This document shows, piece by piece, positions 14,169-25,410 of a stretch of 64,000 nt of DNA. Source of the stretch: Burkholderiales bacterium (lineage in GTDB: Bacteria > Pseudomonadota > Gammaproteobacteria > Burkholderiales > SG8-39). Position 1 is the stretch's first letter; each line of letters opens with the position of its first letter. Where the stretch lies: assembly GCA_017880775.1 (NCBI GenBank), contig JADGRQ010000005.1:6094-70093 (forward strand), written 5' to 3'. The notes beneath the pieces are model-generated. The model was given only the letters and a program-made list of their open reading frames with translations, made no database searches and was not told where the DNA came from. The position numbers were made by a program, and so were the translations under genes.

Positions 14169-14594
14169 ATGGCAGTGGAACTGTCGCGCAAGACCGTCAC
14201 GCCCTACGTTCCGAAAAAGGGCGAGGACTACATGAGCGCGAAACAGCGCGCCCATTTCCGCAAGATACTCGAGACGCTGAAATCCGAGCTCTCGGTGGAG
14301 ATCGACCGCACGGTGCACACCATGCAGGACGAGGCGACGGTGTTCGCCGATCCGAATGACCGGGCGAGCCAGGAATCGGACATGGCCCTCGAACTGCGCA
14401 ACCGCGACCGCGAGCGCAAACTGATCCGCAAGATCGACGAGACGATAGCCCGCATCGATGCGAATGAGTACGGTTACTGCGACAGCTGCGGAGTCGAGAT
14501 CGGCCTGAAGCGGCTCGAGGCGCGCCCGACCGCCACGCTGTGCATCGACTGCAAAACGCTCGATGAGATGCGCGAGCGCCAGGTCGCGAAGTAG
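14169..14594 (+). CDS. dksA: RNA polymerase-binding transcription factor DksA
   Basis: 141 aa from ATG 14169. Coiled-coil region with the DxxDxA-type acidic tip (FADPNDRASQESD) and a C4 zinc finger CDSCGVEIGLKRLEARPTATLCIDC. Confidence 0.93.
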   Translation: MAVELSRKTVTPYVPKKGEDYMSAKQRAHFRKILETLKSELSVEIDRTVHTMQDEATVFADPNDRASQESDMALELRNRDRERKLIRKIDETIARIDANEYGYCDSCGVEIGLKRLEARPTATLCIDCKTLDEMRERQVAK

Positions 14595-14609
14595 TTCGCC
14601 GGACAACTG

Positions 14610-14635
14610 AAAAAGGGCGCCTGGGCGCCCTTTTT
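14610..14635. terminator. Bidirectional intrinsic terminator between convergent dksA and pnp
   Basis: AAAAA-GGGCGC-CTGG-GCGCCC-TTTTT. A perfect 6-bp GC stem with a 4-nt loop, an A-tract on one side and a T-tract on the other. Confidence 0.7.
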
Positions 14636-14656
14636 CCTGATCCGGAAGGCCGGCGT

Positions 14657-16786
14657 TCAGCTGTGCTGCGCGGGCTGCGGTTTTTCCGTAATCGCCTTCA
14701 TCGACAGCCGCACGCGCCCTTTGTCGTCGGCTTCCAGCACCTTGACCTTCACGACCTGCCCTTCCTTGAGGTGGTCCGAGACGGCGTTGACGCGCTCGTG
14801 GCTGATCTGCGAGATGTGCAGCAGGCCGTCGCGACCCGGCAGCAGGCCGATGATCGCGCCGAAGTCGAGCAGCCTCAGCACCGTGCCCTCGTAGATCCGT
14901 CCGACTTCGACGTCGGCGGTGAGCGCCTGGATTTTCTTCCTCGCGGCCTCGCCCCCCTCGACGCTCACGCAGGCGATGCTGATGGTGCCGTCGTCCTCGA
15001 TCTCGATGGTGGTGCCGGTCTCCTCCTGCAGCCCTCGAATCACGACGCCGCCCTTGCCGATCACGTCGCGGATCTTTTCGGGATTGATCTTGATCTTGAT
15101 GATGCGAGGCGCGAACGCCGAGATGTCGTTGCGCGATCCTTCGATCGACTTGCGCATGTGATCGAGGATCACCATGCGTCCCTCACGCGCCTGACTGAGC
15201 GCCACCAGCATGATTTCCTTGGTGATCGACTCGATTTTCAGGTCCATCTGCAGCGCGGTCAGCCCCTTGTCGGTGCCGGCAACCTTGAAATCCATGTCGC
15301 CCAGATGGTCCTCGTCGCCCAGGATGTCGGTGAGTACCGCAAACCGGCCGCCTTCCTTGATCAGGCCCATGGCGATGCCTGCCACGTGCGCTTTCATCGG
15401 CACGCCGGCGTCCATCAGCGCAAGGCTGCCTGCGCACACCGAGGCCATCGAGGACGATCCGTTCGACTCGGTGATCTCCGATACGACGCGCATCGAGTAA
15501 CCGAACTCCTCTTGTTTGGGGAGCGTCGCCAGCAGCGCGCGCTTGGCAAGCCGCCCATGGCCGATCTCGCGGCGCTTCGGCGACATCATGCGGCCGGTCT
15601 CGCCGGTGGCGTAGGGCGGCATGTTGTAATGCAGCATGAAGCGCTCTTTGTATTCTCCGCCGAGCGCATCGATGATCTGCTCGTCGCGTCCCGTACCCAG
15701 CGTCACCGTGCACAGCGATTGCGTCTCGCCGCGCGTGAACAGCGCCGAACCATGCGTGCGCGGAAGCACACCGACGCGAATGGTGATCGGACGCACGGTG
15801 CGGGTATCGCGGCCGTCGATGCGTGGTTCGCCATCGAGAATCTGGCTGCGCACGATCGTCGACTCGAGTGCAAAACAGAGGTCCTTGACGATATTGGCGG
15901 TGGGGCCCCCTTCCTTGCCGACGCCAAGCGCTTCGAATACGCGCTTCCAGATCGCGTCGATCGCCTCGGAGCGCGCCTTCTTCTGCCTCAGCCGGAAGGC
16001 CGCGCGCAGGTCCGCCTCGGCCAGCTCCTTGATCCGCGCGATCAGCGGCTCGTCTCTTGCCGGCGCCTGCCAGTCCCAGGCCGGCTTGCCGGCCGCCTCG
16101 GCGAGTTCTTCGATCGTACGTATGACGGCCTGCATCTGCTGGTGGCCAAAAACGACGGCACCCAGCATCACGTCCTCGGGCAGTTCCTGCGCTTCGGATT
16201 CGACCATCAGCACGCCCTGCTCCGTGCCGGCGACGACCAGGTTCAACTGCGATTGCTTGAGCTGCGTCAACGTCGGGTTGAGCACGTACTGACCATCGAT
16301 GTAGCCGACACGGGCTGCGCCGATCGGTCCGTTGAAGGGGATACCCGAAATCGTCAGCGCCGCGGACACGCCGATCATCGCGGCGATATCGGCATCGACT
16401 TCCGGGTTGTACGACAACACCGTCGCGACGACCTGGACCTCGTTGTAGAAGCCGTCGGGAAACAGCGGTCGAATCGGCCGGTCGATCAACCGGCAAATGA
16501 GGATTTCCTTTTCGGTCGGACGGCCTTCGCGTTTGAAGAAACCGCCCGGAATCTTGCCTGCGGCATATGTCTTCTCGACGTAATCGACCGTCAGCGGGAA
16601 AAATTCCTGGCCGGGGCGGGCCGATTTCGCCGCCACGACCGTCGCCAGCACGACGGTGTCTTCGATCGTGACCATCACTGCGCCATGCGCCTGGCGTGCG
16701 ATCTCGCCGGTTTCCAGCGTCACCTGGTGCGCGCCGTATTGAAATGTCTTCTTGATCGGGTTCAGGGACAAAGCGGAGTTCCTCAT
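14657..16786 (-). CDS. pnp: Polyribonucleotide nucleotidyltransferase (PNPase)
   Basis: 709-aa ORF with two RNase PH domains, then KH and S1 ([34 protein letters not shown]). The true start may be TTG at 16771, preceded by AGGA at 8-nt spacing (see finding). Confidence 0.97.
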   Translation of the reverse strand: MRNSALSLNPIKKTFQYGAHQVTLETGEIARQAHGAVMVTIEDTVVLATVVAAKSARPGQEFFPLTVDYVEKTYAAGKIPGGFFKREGRPTEKEILICRLIDRPIRPLFPDGFYNEVQVVATVLSYNPEVDADIAAMIGVSAALTISGIPFNGPIGAARVGYIDGQYVLNPTLTQLKQSQLNLVVAGTEQGVLMVESEAQELPEDVMLGAVVFGHQQMQAVIRTIEELAEAAGKPAWDWQAPARDEPLIARIKELAEADLRAAFRLRQKKARSEAIDAIWKRVFEALGVGKEGGPTANIVKDLCFALESTIVRSQILDGEPRIDGRDTRTVRPITIRVGVLPRTHGSALFTRGETQSLCTVTLGTGRDEQIIDALGGEYKERFMLHYNMPPYATGETGRMMSPKRREIGHGRLAKRALLATLPKQEEFGYSMRVVSEITESNGSSSMASVCAGSLALMDAGVPMKAHVAGIAMGLIKEGGRFAVLTDILGDEDHLGDMDFKVAGTDKGLTALQMDLKIESITKEIMLVALSQAREGRMVILDHMRKSIEGSRNDISAFAPRIIKIKINPEKIRDVIGKGGVVIRGLQEETGTTIEIEDDGTISIACVSVEGGEAARKKIQALTADVEVGRIYEGTVLRLLDFGAIIGLLPGRDGLLHISQISHERVNAVSDHLKEGQVVKVKVLEADDKGRVRLSMKAITEKPQPAQHS

Positions 16787-16836
16787 GCTGCCGGACGCGA
16801 GGCAGCGCCCGGTCCGGTGGGGGTTAGGCGGACGAC

Positions 16837-17106
16837 TTACTTGCGCAGGCCGAGACGTTCGATCAGCGCGCGATACTTGTCCGCACCGGAGCGCTTCAGA
16901 TAGTCGAGCAGTTTGCGCCGCTGGCTGACCATCTTGAGCAGGCCGCGGCGGGAATGGAAATCCTTCACGTGAGTCTTGAAATGACCGGTCAGGCCATTGA
17001 TGCGCTCCGTCAGAAGCGCGATTTGCACCTCGGGCGAGCCGGTGTCATTCCCGGCGCGCTGGTACTGCTTGACGACCTGCGCTTTCTGCACAGCCAGTAA
17101 AGCCAT
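16837..17106 (-). CDS. rpsO: 30S ribosomal protein S15
   Basis: 89 aa, [72 protein letters not shown]. Confidence 0.97.
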   Translation of the reverse strand: MALLAVQKAQVVKQYQRAGNDTGSPEVQIALLTERINGLTGHFKTHVKDFHSRRGLLKMVSQRRKLLDYLKRSGADKYRALIERLGLRK

Positions 17107-17193
17107 GTTTTCTCCTCGAATAAACGAGCATTTTACACTCAGGCTGACTCGGATTTCAAGTTTTTCGATGTATTTCAGCCGGTTGCGCCGCTT

Positions 17194-18093
17194 TCAATCT
17201 TCCTGGACGGAGACCAGCCGTCGTGGCTGCAACCGGCCGCCCGGTTGACCCGCGCCAACACCCAGGAACACCCTCTCGCGCGCGTATACGCGGTAGTCCT
17301 GCCCTTCGGCCACCGCTCGCACCAAGCCCTGTCCCTGCGCAAAACGGCGGGATTCCGCGGGGTCCAGCTCCATCTCTGGCAACCCCGCGAGCAGCGCATC
17401 GACGGGCCGCAGCCATCCGGCCCGAGCGTCGTCATCCAGACGGGCCAAGTGATCGAGCGTGACCGCCTGTTCGATCCCAAAGCGGCCGGCCGCGATGCGC
17501 CGAAGCCCCGCGAGATGCGCGCCACAGCCGAGAACGCGGCCAATGTCCTCGGCAAGGGTGCGGACGTAGGTGCCTTTGCTGCACGCCACCCGGATCTCGA
17601 GTCGCGCGCCGGAAAAAGCAATCCGGTCCAGCCGCTCGATGCGGATCCGTCGCGCCGCCCGCTCGACCGTGAGCCCCTTGCGCGCAAGCTCGTATAACGG
17701 CCGCCCGGCCCGCTTGAGGGCGGAATACATCGGCGGCACCTGTTCGATCTCGCCGCGAAATCGCGCCAATGCATCGTCGATCTGCGCAATCGCGACTTCC
17801 ACCGGGCGGGTTTCCAGCACCTTCCCTTCCGCATCGGCGGTCTCGGTGGTGACGCCCAACTGCACGCTCGCCAGGTAACACTTGTCGGAATCCAGCAGCC
17901 AACCGGAAAAACGCGCCGCCTGACCGAACAGCACCGGCAGCAATCCGGAAGCCAGCGGATCCAGCGTGCCGGCGTGCCCGGCCTTCTCGGCGTTGAACAT
18001 GCGCCGCGCCGCCTGGAGCGCCGCGTTCGAAGACATGCCGGTGGGCTTGTCGAGCGGCAGGATCCCGTCAACGCGGCGCCGGGTACGCGCCAT
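17194..18093 (-). CDS. truB: tRNA pseudouridine(55) synthase
   Basis: 299 aa. GILPLDKPTGMSS and the catalytic-Asp motif HAGTLDPLASG. Lies in rbfA-truB-rpsO synteny. Confidence 0.95.
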   Translation of the reverse strand: MARTRRRVDGILPLDKPTGMSSNAALQAARRMFNAEKAGHAGTLDPLASGLLPVLFGQAARFSGWLLDSDKCYLASVQLGVTTETADAEGKVLETRPVEVAIAQIDDALARFRGEIEQVPPMYSALKRAGRPLYELARKGLTVERAARRIRIERLDRIAFSGARLEIRVACSKGTYVRTLAEDIGRVLGCGAHLAGLRRIAAGRFGIEQAVTLDHLARLDDDARAGWLRPVDALLAGLPEMELDPAESRRFAQGQGLVRAVAEGQDYRVYARERVFLGVGAGQPGGRLQPRRLVSVQED

Positions 18094-18106
18094 CGGGGCG
18101 AATGTC

Positions 18107-18454
18107 CTAGCGCTTGTTCGCCGAATCGATCAGCTGCGACAGGCGCGCGCCCCGCTCGATGGATTCGTCGTACTTGAAGTGCAGCTCGGGGGTGGTGTAC
18201 AGCTTGATGCGCCGGCCCAGCTGGGAGCGGAGAAATCCGGCCGCGCGGCGCAGGCCCGCGCCCGCCTCCTCGACATGCCCGGCATCCAGGCAGGTGAAGA
18301 AAACCGTCGCGTGCGCGCAGTCGGGCGAAACGTCCACCGCGGTCAGCGTGATCATCCCGACGCGCGGATCGCGCAGTTCGCGGTGAATGATCTCGGCAAG
18401 CTCGCGCTGGATCTGGTCGCCCACCTTCTGCGCCCGTCCGGAAGATCGAGCCAT
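18107..18454 (-). CDS. rbfA: Ribosome-binding factor A
   Basis: 115 aa with a KH-like core (RVGDQIQRELAEIIHRELRDPRVGMITLTAVDVSPD). Lies downstream of infB. Confidence 0.93.
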   Translation of the reverse strand: MARSSGRAQKVGDQIQRELAEIIHRELRDPRVGMITLTAVDVSPDCAHATVFFTCLDAGHVEEAGAGLRRAAGFLRSQLGRRIKLYTTPELHFKYDESIERGARLSQLIDSANKR

Positions 18455-18538
18455 TTGTGGGTTCGCTTGCGTGGAAAGGCTTGTTTTGAGAGGTTAGAAC
18501 CATGCGCGGCGGTGCCGCGCGTGGCTCGTCGTGGTTCT

Positions 18539-21085
18539 TTACAACGTTCGCGCGACTTCGAGCACTTCGAACACCTCGAACTGGTCGCCTTCCTTGATTT
18601 CCGAGAAGTTCTTCAGCGACATGCCGCACTCGAAGCCGGCCTTCACCTCGCGTACATCCTCCTTGAAGCGCTTGAGCGAATCGATGTCGCCGGTGTGGAT
18701 CACCACGTTGTCGCGCAGCACCCGTACCTGCGCGCCGCGTTTCACCAATCCGTCGAGCACGTAGCAGCCCGCCACCGCGCCGACCTTGGAGATGCGGAAC
18801 ACTTGGCGCACCTCGACCAGGCCGAGCACTTGCTCGCGCTGCTCCGGCGTGAGCATCCCCGAGAGCGCAGCCTTGATTTCGTCGACCGCCTCGTAAATGA
18901 TGTTGTAGTAGCGGATGTCGATGCCCGCGCCTTCGGCAAGCTTTCGCGTCGCGGCGTCTGCGCGCACGTTGAAACCGATGACGACTGCGCGCGAAGCCAT
19001 CGCAAGGTTGACGTCCGATTCGGTGATGCCGCCCACGCCGGCGTGGACCACGCTAACCTTGACCTCTTCACCCGACAGGCGCGTGAGCGCATGCACCAGG
19101 GCTTCCTGCGAACCCTGCACGTCGGACTTGATGACCAGCGCCAGAGTCTTTTTCTCGCCCTCGCCCATTTTTTCGAAGATGCCCTCGAGGCCGGCCGCCC
19201 GTCGCCTGGCGAGTTTCACGTCGCGGAACTTGCCCTGTCGGAACAGCGCGATCTCGCGCGCCTTGCGTTCGTCGGCCAGCACTGCAAGTTCCTCCCCGGC
19301 ATTCGGTACTTCCGACAACCCCTGGATCTCCACCGGGATCGAGGGACCGGCCGCGGCGACGTTGCGGCCGTTCTCGTCGAGCATTGCGCGCACCCGGCCG
19401 TAGACTGCTCCAATCAGCACCACATCGCCGCGATTGAGGGTGCCGGACTGGACCAGCACGGTGGCCACCGGGCCGCGGCCCTTGTCGAGCCGCGCTTCGA
19501 TCACGACGCCTCGAGCGGGCGCTGCGGCTGGAGCCTTGAGTTCGAGCACCTCGGCCTGCAGCAGTATCTGTTCGAGCAGTTCGTCGACGCCTTGCCCGGT
19601 CTTGGCCGATACCGCGACGAACGGAGCGTCGCCGCCGAACTCCTCCGGCACTACGTTGTGCTGCAGGAGCTCCTGCTTCACTTTTTCCGGGTTGGCTTCG
19701 TGCTTGTCGATCTTGTTGATCGCGACCACCAGCGGTACTTCGGCCGCCTTTGCATGGTTGATTGCCTCGATCGTCTGGGGCATCACACCGTCGTCCGCTG
19801 CGACGACGAGGACCACCAGGTCGGTGATTTTCGCCCCGCGCGCGCGCATCGCCGTGAAGGCTTCGTGGCCAGGGGTATCGAGGAAAGTAATCACGCCACG
19901 CGGCGTTTCAACATGGTAGGCCCCGATGTGCTGGGTGATTCCGCCCGCTTCGCCGGCAGCCACCTTGGTGCGACGAATGTAGTCGAGCAACGAGGTCTTG
20001 CCATGGTCAACGTGGCCCATCACGGTGACCACGGGCGGGCGCGGCTCGCCTGCATTGCTCTCGGGCCCCGACTCCGAAAGGTAAGCCTCGGGATCGGCGA
20101 GCTTCGCGGCCTGGGCATTGTGCCCCATCTCTTGGACGACGATCATTCCGGTCTCCTGGTCGAGTACCTGATTGATCGTGACCATGGTGCCGAGCTTCAT
20201 CATCACCTTGATGACCTCGGCTGCCTTGATCGACATCTTGTGCGCCAGCTCGCCCACCGTGATGGTTTCGGGCACCGCGATCTCGCGCACGATCGGCTCA
20301 TTGGCGGCGGCGGACGCCGCGACCTCTCCCGCCGGCTCGCTCGAGCGGCGATGGTGCGCTCCGCGCGGCCCGTGCCAGCCGCCGGCTCCGCCGGCCGCGT
20401 CGCCGCGCGTCTTGATGGTGCGGCGCTTTGCGCTCTCGTCCTTCCAGACCGTAACCTGTTTTTTCTTCGGTTGCTTGTCGGCTTTTTCCCCCGGCGCAAG
20501 CTTGGGCTTGTGCAGCGTTCCATCGGTGCCGGGAAGCACCGATTGGACAGCCGAAGTCTGGGCCCTGTCGAGCGCCGCCTTCGCTTCCCGCTCGGCCGCC
20601 TTCTGTTCGGCGTCGCGTTTTTCGCGCTCCTGCCGCTCGCGCAGTTCCGCCGCCTGCAGTTCGGCAAGCTGCCGCTGGCGCTGGTCCTCTTCTTCGCGCA
20701 ATGCCGTTTCCCGGGCATTGATGACGGGACCGGGCGCAGGCGCGGGCGCCTCCGGCACCGCGGGCGCATCAGCGGGCCCTTCGGACGGGTCGCGCTTGAC
20801 GAAGACGCGCTTCTTGCGGACCTCGACCTGGATGGTGCGCGCCTTGCCGGTGGAGTCCGATTTCTTGATCTCGCTGGTCTGCTTGCGCGTCAGCGTGATC
20901 TTGGTCTTCACCTCCGCGGACCCGTGCGCGCGGCGCAGGTAATCGAGCAGTCTCGACTTGTCGCTCTCGCTGAGCGGGTCCTCCGGCACGGACTTGTTCA
21001 CGCCGGCCGCGCGCAACTGCTCGAGCAGCATCGCCGGCTGCACCTTGAGCTCACTGGCGAACTGGGCGACGCTCGACTGGGCCAC
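18539..21085 (-). CDS. infB: Translation initiation factor IF-2
   Basis: 848 aa. Low-complexity Ala/Glu/Lys/Arg N-terminal region and a G domain ([26 protein letters not shown]). Confidence 0.97.
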   Translation of the reverse strand: MAQSSVAQFASELKVQPAMLLEQLRAAGVNKSVPEDPLSESDKSRLLDYLRRAHGSAEVKTKITLTRKQTSEIKKSDSTGKARTIQVEVRKKRVFVKRDPSEGPADAPAVPEAPAPAPGPVINARETALREEEDQRQRQLAELQAAELRERQEREKRDAEQKAAEREAKAALDRAQTSAVQSVLPGTDGTLHKPKLAPGEKADKQPKKKQVTVWKDESAKRRTIKTRGDAAGGAGGWHGPRGAHHRRSSEPAGEVAASAAANEPIVREIAVPETITVGELAHKMSIKAAEVIKVMMKLGTMVTINQVLDQETGMIVVQEMGHNAQAAKLADPEAYLSESGPESNAGEPRPPVVTVMGHVDHGKTSLLDYIRRTKVAAGEAGGITQHIGAYHVETPRGVITFLDTPGHEAFTAMRARGAKITDLVVLVVAADDGVMPQTIEAINHAKAAEVPLVVAINKIDKHEANPEKVKQELLQHNVVPEEFGGDAPFVAVSAKTGQGVDELLEQILLQAEVLELKAPAAAPARGVVIEARLDKGRGPVATVLVQSGTLNRGDVVLIGAVYGRVRAMLDENGRNVAAAGPSIPVEIQGLSEVPNAGEELAVLADERKAREIALFRQGKFRDVKLARRRAAGLEGIFEKMGEGEKKTLALVIKSDVQGSQEALVHALTRLSGEEVKVSVVHAGVGGITESDVNLAMASRAVVIGFNVRADAATRKLAEGAGIDIRYYNIIYEAVDEIKAALSGMLTPEQREQVLGLVEVRQVFRISKVGAVAGCYVLDGLVKRGAQVRVLRDNVVIHTGDIDSLKRFKEDVREVKAGFECGMSLKNFSEIKEGDQFEVFEVLEVARTL

Positions 21086-21086
21086 G

Positions 21087-22604
21087 TTACTGAGCCTCCT
21101 GCTTTCCAGCCGGCGATTCGCCGGCGGCCTCCGCGGCGAACCAGTGCGCCCGCGCAGCCATGATCAGCACCTTGGCACGTTCCTCATCGATGCCCGACAT
21201 CTCGGACAGCTCATCGAGCGCGAGGTCGGCAAGGTCGTCGCGCGTCTTCACTCCGTGTGCGGCCAGTTTTGCCGCCAGGTCGGTATCCATGCCCTCGAGC
21301 GTGAGCAGGTCCTGGTCGACCGATTCGATCGATTCCTCGCTCGCGATCGCCTGCACCAGCAATGCGTTGCGCGCGCGGCTGCGCAGTTCGTTGACGGTCT
21401 CCTCGTCGAGCGCCTCGATCTCCATCATTTCCTGGAGCGGCACGTAGGCGATCTCTTCCAGCGTCGAAAAGCCTTCCTGGATCAGGATGTCGGCGACTTC
21501 CTGGTCCACGTCGAGACGCTGCATGAATGTTTCGCGGATCTTGCCGCTTTCCTCCTGCTGCTTTTTCTTCGAGTCTTCCTCGGTCATCAGGTTGATCGTC
21601 CAGCCCGTCATCTCCGAGGCCAGCCGCACGTTCTGGCCGCTGCGTCCAATGGCAATGGCGAGGTTCTCCTCGTCGACCACCACGTCCATGCTGTGCTTCT
21701 CCTCATCGACCACGATCGAGCTGACGTCGGCCGGCGCCAGCGCGCCGATCACGAACTGGGCCGGATCTGCGGACCAAAGCACGATGTCTACGCGTTCGCC
21801 CGCCAGTTCCTGCGTCACCGCCTGCACGCGCGAGCCGCGCATGCCGACGCAGGTGCCGATCGGATCGATGCGCCGGTCGTTGGTGTGCACGGCAATCTTC
21901 GCCCGCACGCCCGGATCGCGCGCCGCAGACTTGATCTCGAGCAGCCCTTCCTCTATTTCCGGCACCTCGAGCTCGAACAGCTTCATGATGAACTGCGGCG
22001 CAGTGCGCGACAGGATCAGCTGCGGACCGCGCGCCTGCCGGTCGATCTTCATCACCCAGGCCCGCACGCGGTCGCCGACGCGCAAGTTTTCCTTCGGGAT
22101 CATGTTCTCGCGCGGCAGCAGCGACTCGAGGCGGCCCGATTCGACAATCGCGTTGCCGCGCTCCATGCGTTTCACCGTGCCGGTGACCAGTTCACCGCCG
22201 CGCGACAGGAAATCGTTCAGGATCTGCTCGCGCTCGGCGTCGCGGATTTTCTGCAGGATCACCTGCTTCGCGGTCTGCGCACCGATGCGGCCCCATTCGA
22301 GCGCTTCGAGAGGCTCCTCGATGTAGTCCTCCAGCTTGAGGGCGACGTCGCGCTTGTGCGCCTCGCTCAGCGCAATCTGCGCCGGCGGCAGCTCGACCGC
22401 ATCATCCGGCACGACTTTCCAGCGCCGGAACGAATCGTAATTGCCGGTATTGCGGTCGATCGCGACCCGCACATCGACGTCTTCGGTAAAGCGCTTCTTG
22501 GTCGCCGAGGCGAGCGCCATCTCGAGCGCGCCGAACACCACGTCTCGGTTGACGTTCTTCTCGCGCGCCAGCGCGTCGACGAGCAGCAGAATTTCCCGAC
22601 TCAT
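21087..22604 (-). CDS. nusA: Transcription termination/antitermination factor NusA
   Basis: 505 aa with S1 and two KH domains plus C-terminal acidic repeat domains. The stop lies 1 nt before the infB start. Confidence 0.97.
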   Translation of the reverse strand: MSREILLLVDALAREKNVNRDVVFGALEMALASATKKRFTEDVDVRVAIDRNTGNYDSFRRWKVVPDDAVELPPAQIALSEAHKRDVALKLEDYIEEPLEALEWGRIGAQTAKQVILQKIRDAEREQILNDFLSRGGELVTGTVKRMERGNAIVESGRLESLLPRENMIPKENLRVGDRVRAWVMKIDRQARGPQLILSRTAPQFIMKLFELEVPEIEEGLLEIKSAARDPGVRAKIAVHTNDRRIDPIGTCVGMRGSRVQAVTQELAGERVDIVLWSADPAQFVIGALAPADVSSIVVDEEKHSMDVVVDEENLAIAIGRSGQNVRLASEMTGWTINLMTEEDSKKKQQEESGKIRETFMQRLDVDQEVADILIQEGFSTLEEIAYVPLQEMMEIEALDEETVNELRSRARNALLVQAIASEESIESVDQDLLTLEGMDTDLAAKLAAHGVKTRDDLADLALDELSEMSGIDEERAKVLIMAARAHWFAAEAAGESPAGKQEAQ

Positions 22605-22625
22605 TGCTCCGCTCCCAAACCCGCG

Positions 22626-23060
22626 TCACTGTTCTGGAACGAGCCGCGCCCGTTCCACGTCATCCAGCGCCAGGACGATTCGCCGACCGTCCACCTCCAG
22701 CGCCACGCTCCCGTCCTGCACGCCCTGCAACACCCCGACAAACCGACGGCGGCCGACTTCGTCCGGCATGCGCATCCGAATCTCGGCCTTGCTGCCGGAG
22801 AAGCGCTCGAAATCGGCCCGCTTCATGAGCGGCCGGTCCAGACCCGGGGACGAAACCTCCATGCGGTCGTAATCCATTCCCTCGACCTCGAACACGCGGC
22901 TCAAGTGCCGGCTCACAGCCGCGCAATCATCGACCGTGATACCACCCGGCTTGTCGATGAAAATACGCAGCAGCCGGCCCCGGTTCGACACTTGTGCGTC
23001 GACCAGTTCGTAGCCCATCCCCGCGAGGGTCGGCTCGATGATTCCGGCCAAAGGGACCAT
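22626..23060 (-). CDS. rimP: Ribosome maturation factor RimP
   Basis: Conserved core IIEPTLAGMGYELVDAQV...LRIFIDKPGGITVDDCAAVSRHLS. I prefer internal ATG 23060 over track start 23111, whose 17 extra residues are Cys/Trp-rich and non-conserved. The start remains uncertain. Confidence 0.85.
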   Translation of the reverse strand: MVPLAGIIEPTLAGMGYELVDAQVSNRGRLLRIFIDKPGGITVDDCAAVSRHLSRVFEVEGMDYDRMEVSSPGLDRPLMKRADFERFSGSKAEIRMRMPDEVGRRRFVGVLQGVQDGSVALEVDGRRIVLALDDVERARLVPEQ

Positions 23061-23182
23061 CTCCACCCGGCCATTTCGACGCCACAAACAAAAAATGGGC
23101 ACGCAGCCCATTTACCCGGTGGACACGGAAAACCCGAAGCTGCGCAACGCGCGGGCCCCGTTCCACATAAAACATTTGAAGT

Positions 23183-24037
23183 TTAACAGATTTGTCTGTC
23201 CCGGACAACCCGTGGCCTGGGCCGGATGCCTGGCTTTGGCGCCTCTCGCAGCAGCGCAATTTCGCGGGCGTTGAGCTCCCTCCAGGCGCCCGCCGCGAGT
23301 TCGCGCGGCAGCGGTATTGGCCCGTATTGAATGCGTATCAGCCGGTTGACACGCCGGTCCACCGTCGCGAACATCCTGCGCACTTCGCGGTTGCGCCCCT
23401 CCCTGAGGCGCACCCGGTACCAGCGGTTCGAACCTTCCCCGCCGCAGGCATCGATGGATTCGAAAGCGGCCGGCCCATCGCCGATTTCCACGCCCTGGCG
23501 CAGGCGTTCGAGCTCCCTCTCGCCGAGGACGCCCTGGATGCGCACCTCGTAGGTCCGCTCGACTGCGTAACGCGGGTGCATCAGACGGTTGGCAAGATCA
23601 CCGGAATTTGTCAGCAGCAGCAACCCGCTGGTGTTGTAATCCAGTCTTCCGACAGCGACCCATTTCCCGTGTGCCAGGCGCGGCAATTGCTCGAAAACGC
23701 TGCTGCGCCCCTGCGGATCATTGCGCGTGACGATCTCGCCAATGGGCTTGTGGTACGCGAGCACCCGCACCGCCATACGCTCGAGCGTGACCGGATTGCC
23801 GTCCAGTCGAATCGAATCGCCGAACGCCGCCCGGTCGCCGAGCTGGGCGATTCTGCCGTTGATCGACAAACGCGCCTGCCCGATCCAGATCTCAATCTGG
23901 CGGCGCGAGCCCAACCCCGCCTCCGCGAGAAGCTTCTGCAGGCGCACGCCTGCCGGTTCAGCCTGCGGTGGCGCCGGATTCGGCCGGCTGGCGCGTCGTT
24001 GCAGCGTCGGCTTCGGGTTGCGGGTCGGGCGGTTCAA
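23183..24037 (-). CDS. rluB: 23S rRNA pseudouridine(2605) synthase RluB
   Basis: S4 domain ([18 protein letters not shown]) and the RsuA/RluB catalytic motif [16 protein letters not shown]. The longest ORF overlaps scpB by 80 nt. An alternative GTG at 23947 begins exactly at the S4 domain and removes the overlap. Confidence 0.85.
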   Translation of the reverse strand: MNRPTRNPKPTLQRRASRPNPAPPQAEPAGVRLQKLLAEAGLGSRRQIEIWIGQARLSINGRIAQLGDRAAFGDSIRLDGNPVTLERMAVRVLAYHKPIGEIVTRNDPQGRSSVFEQLPRLAHGKWVAVGRLDYNTSGLLLLTNSGDLANRLMHPRYAVERTYEVRIQGVLGERELERLRQGVEIGDGPAAFESIDACGGEGSNRWYRVRLREGRNREVRRMFATVDRRVNRLIRIQYGPIPLPRELAAGAWRELNAREIALLREAPKPGIRPRPRVVRDRQIC

Positions 24038-24566
24038 GCGGGAGTGTCTTGGCGATTTCCTCGAGCGGCGGCAAATCCTGAAGCGAGCGCAGACCGAGGT
24101 CGTCGAGGAAGCCCCGGGTAGTGGCGTACAAGGCCGGCCGGCCAGGCGTCTCGCGGTGCCCGACCACGTCGATCCAGCCGCGCGCCTCCAGCGTCTGCAG
24201 GATCGGCGCCGATACCACCACGCCGCGAATGTCTTCGATGTCGCCGCGCGTCACCGGTTGGCGGTAGGCGATGATCGCCAGCGTTTCCAGCACGGCGCGC
24301 GAGTAACGCGGCGGCTTCTCGGGATTGAGCCGATCGATGTAGGGCTGAAACTCGGGCCGCGTCTGGAAACGCCAGCCGCTCGCGGAGTTGACCAACTCGA
24401 CTGACCGGCCGCCCCACTGCTCGCGCAATTCACCCAGCAACCGGCGCAACGTGTCGGCGCCGATCTCTTCGGCAAACAGCCGCCGCAGGTCGTTGAGCGA
24501 CAGCGGCTCCTGCGCGGCCAGCAGCGCAGCTTCGATGATGCTCGTGGCTTCAATGGGATTGAGCAT
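23958..24566 (-). CDS. scpB: SMC-Scp complex subunit ScpB
   Basis: 202 aa with tandem winged-helix pattern ([24 protein letters not shown]...[14 protein letters not shown]). Lies downstream of scpA. Confidence 0.9.
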   Translation of the reverse strand: MLNPIEATSIIEAALLAAQEPLSLNDLRRLFAEEIGADTLRRLLGELREQWGGRSVELVNSASGWRFQTRPEFQPYIDRLNPEKPPRYSRAVLETLAIIAYRQPVTRGDIEDIRGVVVSAPILQTLEARGWIDVVGHRETPGRPALYATTRGFLDDLGLRSLQDLPPLEEIAKTLPLEPPDPQPEADAATTRQPAESGATAG

Positions 24567-25410
24567 CTGTCAATTTTACGTAGATCGGCGCAAAGCATTC
24601 GGCCTGAGTGATGTCGATGAGCAGTTCGCGTGCCAGCTCCAGCAGCGCGAGGAAATTCACCACCAGCACCGCCACGCCGCGCGCGGGATCGAACAGCTCG
24701 GCGAACTCCACGACCCTGTGCTCCTGCAGGCGGCGCAGGATCAGGCTCATGTGCTCGCGCACCGAAAGCTCCTCGCGCGACACGCGATGGTGGGCTGAAA
24801 GCCGCGCGCGGTAAAGCAGCGCCCGCCACGCCTCGGCCAGATCGCGCGGGTCGACGCCGGGCAGCCGCCCGAGCGCCGTGCGCTCGATCCAGACCGACAC
24901 CGCCAGAACGTCGCGACCCATCTGCGGCAGCGCGTCGAGCCGGGCTGCCGCCTGCTTGATGCGCTCGTACTCGAGCAGGCGGCGGACCAGTTCGGCGCGT
25001 GGATCATGCTCGCCGTCATCGAGTACGGGAGGCCGCGGCAGCAGCATGCGCGACTTGATTTCGATCAGTATCGCCGCCATCACCAGGTATTCCGCTGCCA
25101 GCTCGAGGTTCTTCGCCCGCATCGCCTCCACGTACGCAAGGTATTGGCGCGTGAGCGGCGCCATCGCGACGTCGAGGATGTCGAGGTTCTGCTTGCGTAT
25201 CAGGTACAGCAGCAGATCGAGCGGGCCTTCGAAGGACTCGAGGAAAACCTCGAGCGCATCGGGCGGGATATAGAGGTCCAGCGGCAGCTCGATCAGCGGC
25301 TCGCCATAAATGCGCGCAACCCGCACGGAAGCTTCGGGGACGACCGGTGCGCTCACCGGCGGACCCGCGTTTCCCGCGCTCACCTGCGCAACCGTGTTTC
25401 TATTGGACAT
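24550..25410 (-). CDS. scpA: Segregation and condensation protein A (kleisin ScpA)
   Basis: 286 aa, [35 protein letters not shown]. Has a 17-nt overlap with scpB. Confidence 0.9.
   Translation of the reverse strand: MSNRNTVAQVSAGNAGPPVSAPVVPEASVRVARIYGEPLIELPLDLYIPPDALEVFLESFEGPLDLLLYLIRKQNLDILDVAMAPLTRQYLAYVEAMRAKNLELAAEYLVMAAILIEIKSRMLLPRPPVLDDGEHDPRAELVRRLLEYERIKQAAARLDALPQMGRDVLAVSVWIERTALGRLPGVDPRDLAEAWRALLYRARLSAHHRVSREELSVREHMSLILRRLQEHRVVEFAELFDPARGVAVLVVNFLALLELARELLIDITQAECFAPIYVKLTDAQSH

Noticed and set aside
14663-16903. 746-aa plus-strand ORF
   Set aside because: Antisense to pnp and rpsO, both of which have clear homology. This frame has no motifs and a skewed Arg/His/Asp/Leu composition.
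17966-21163. 1065-aa plus-strand ORF
   Set aside because: Antisense to truB, rbfA and infB, and crosses three real gene boundaries without interruption. It is a shadow ORF.
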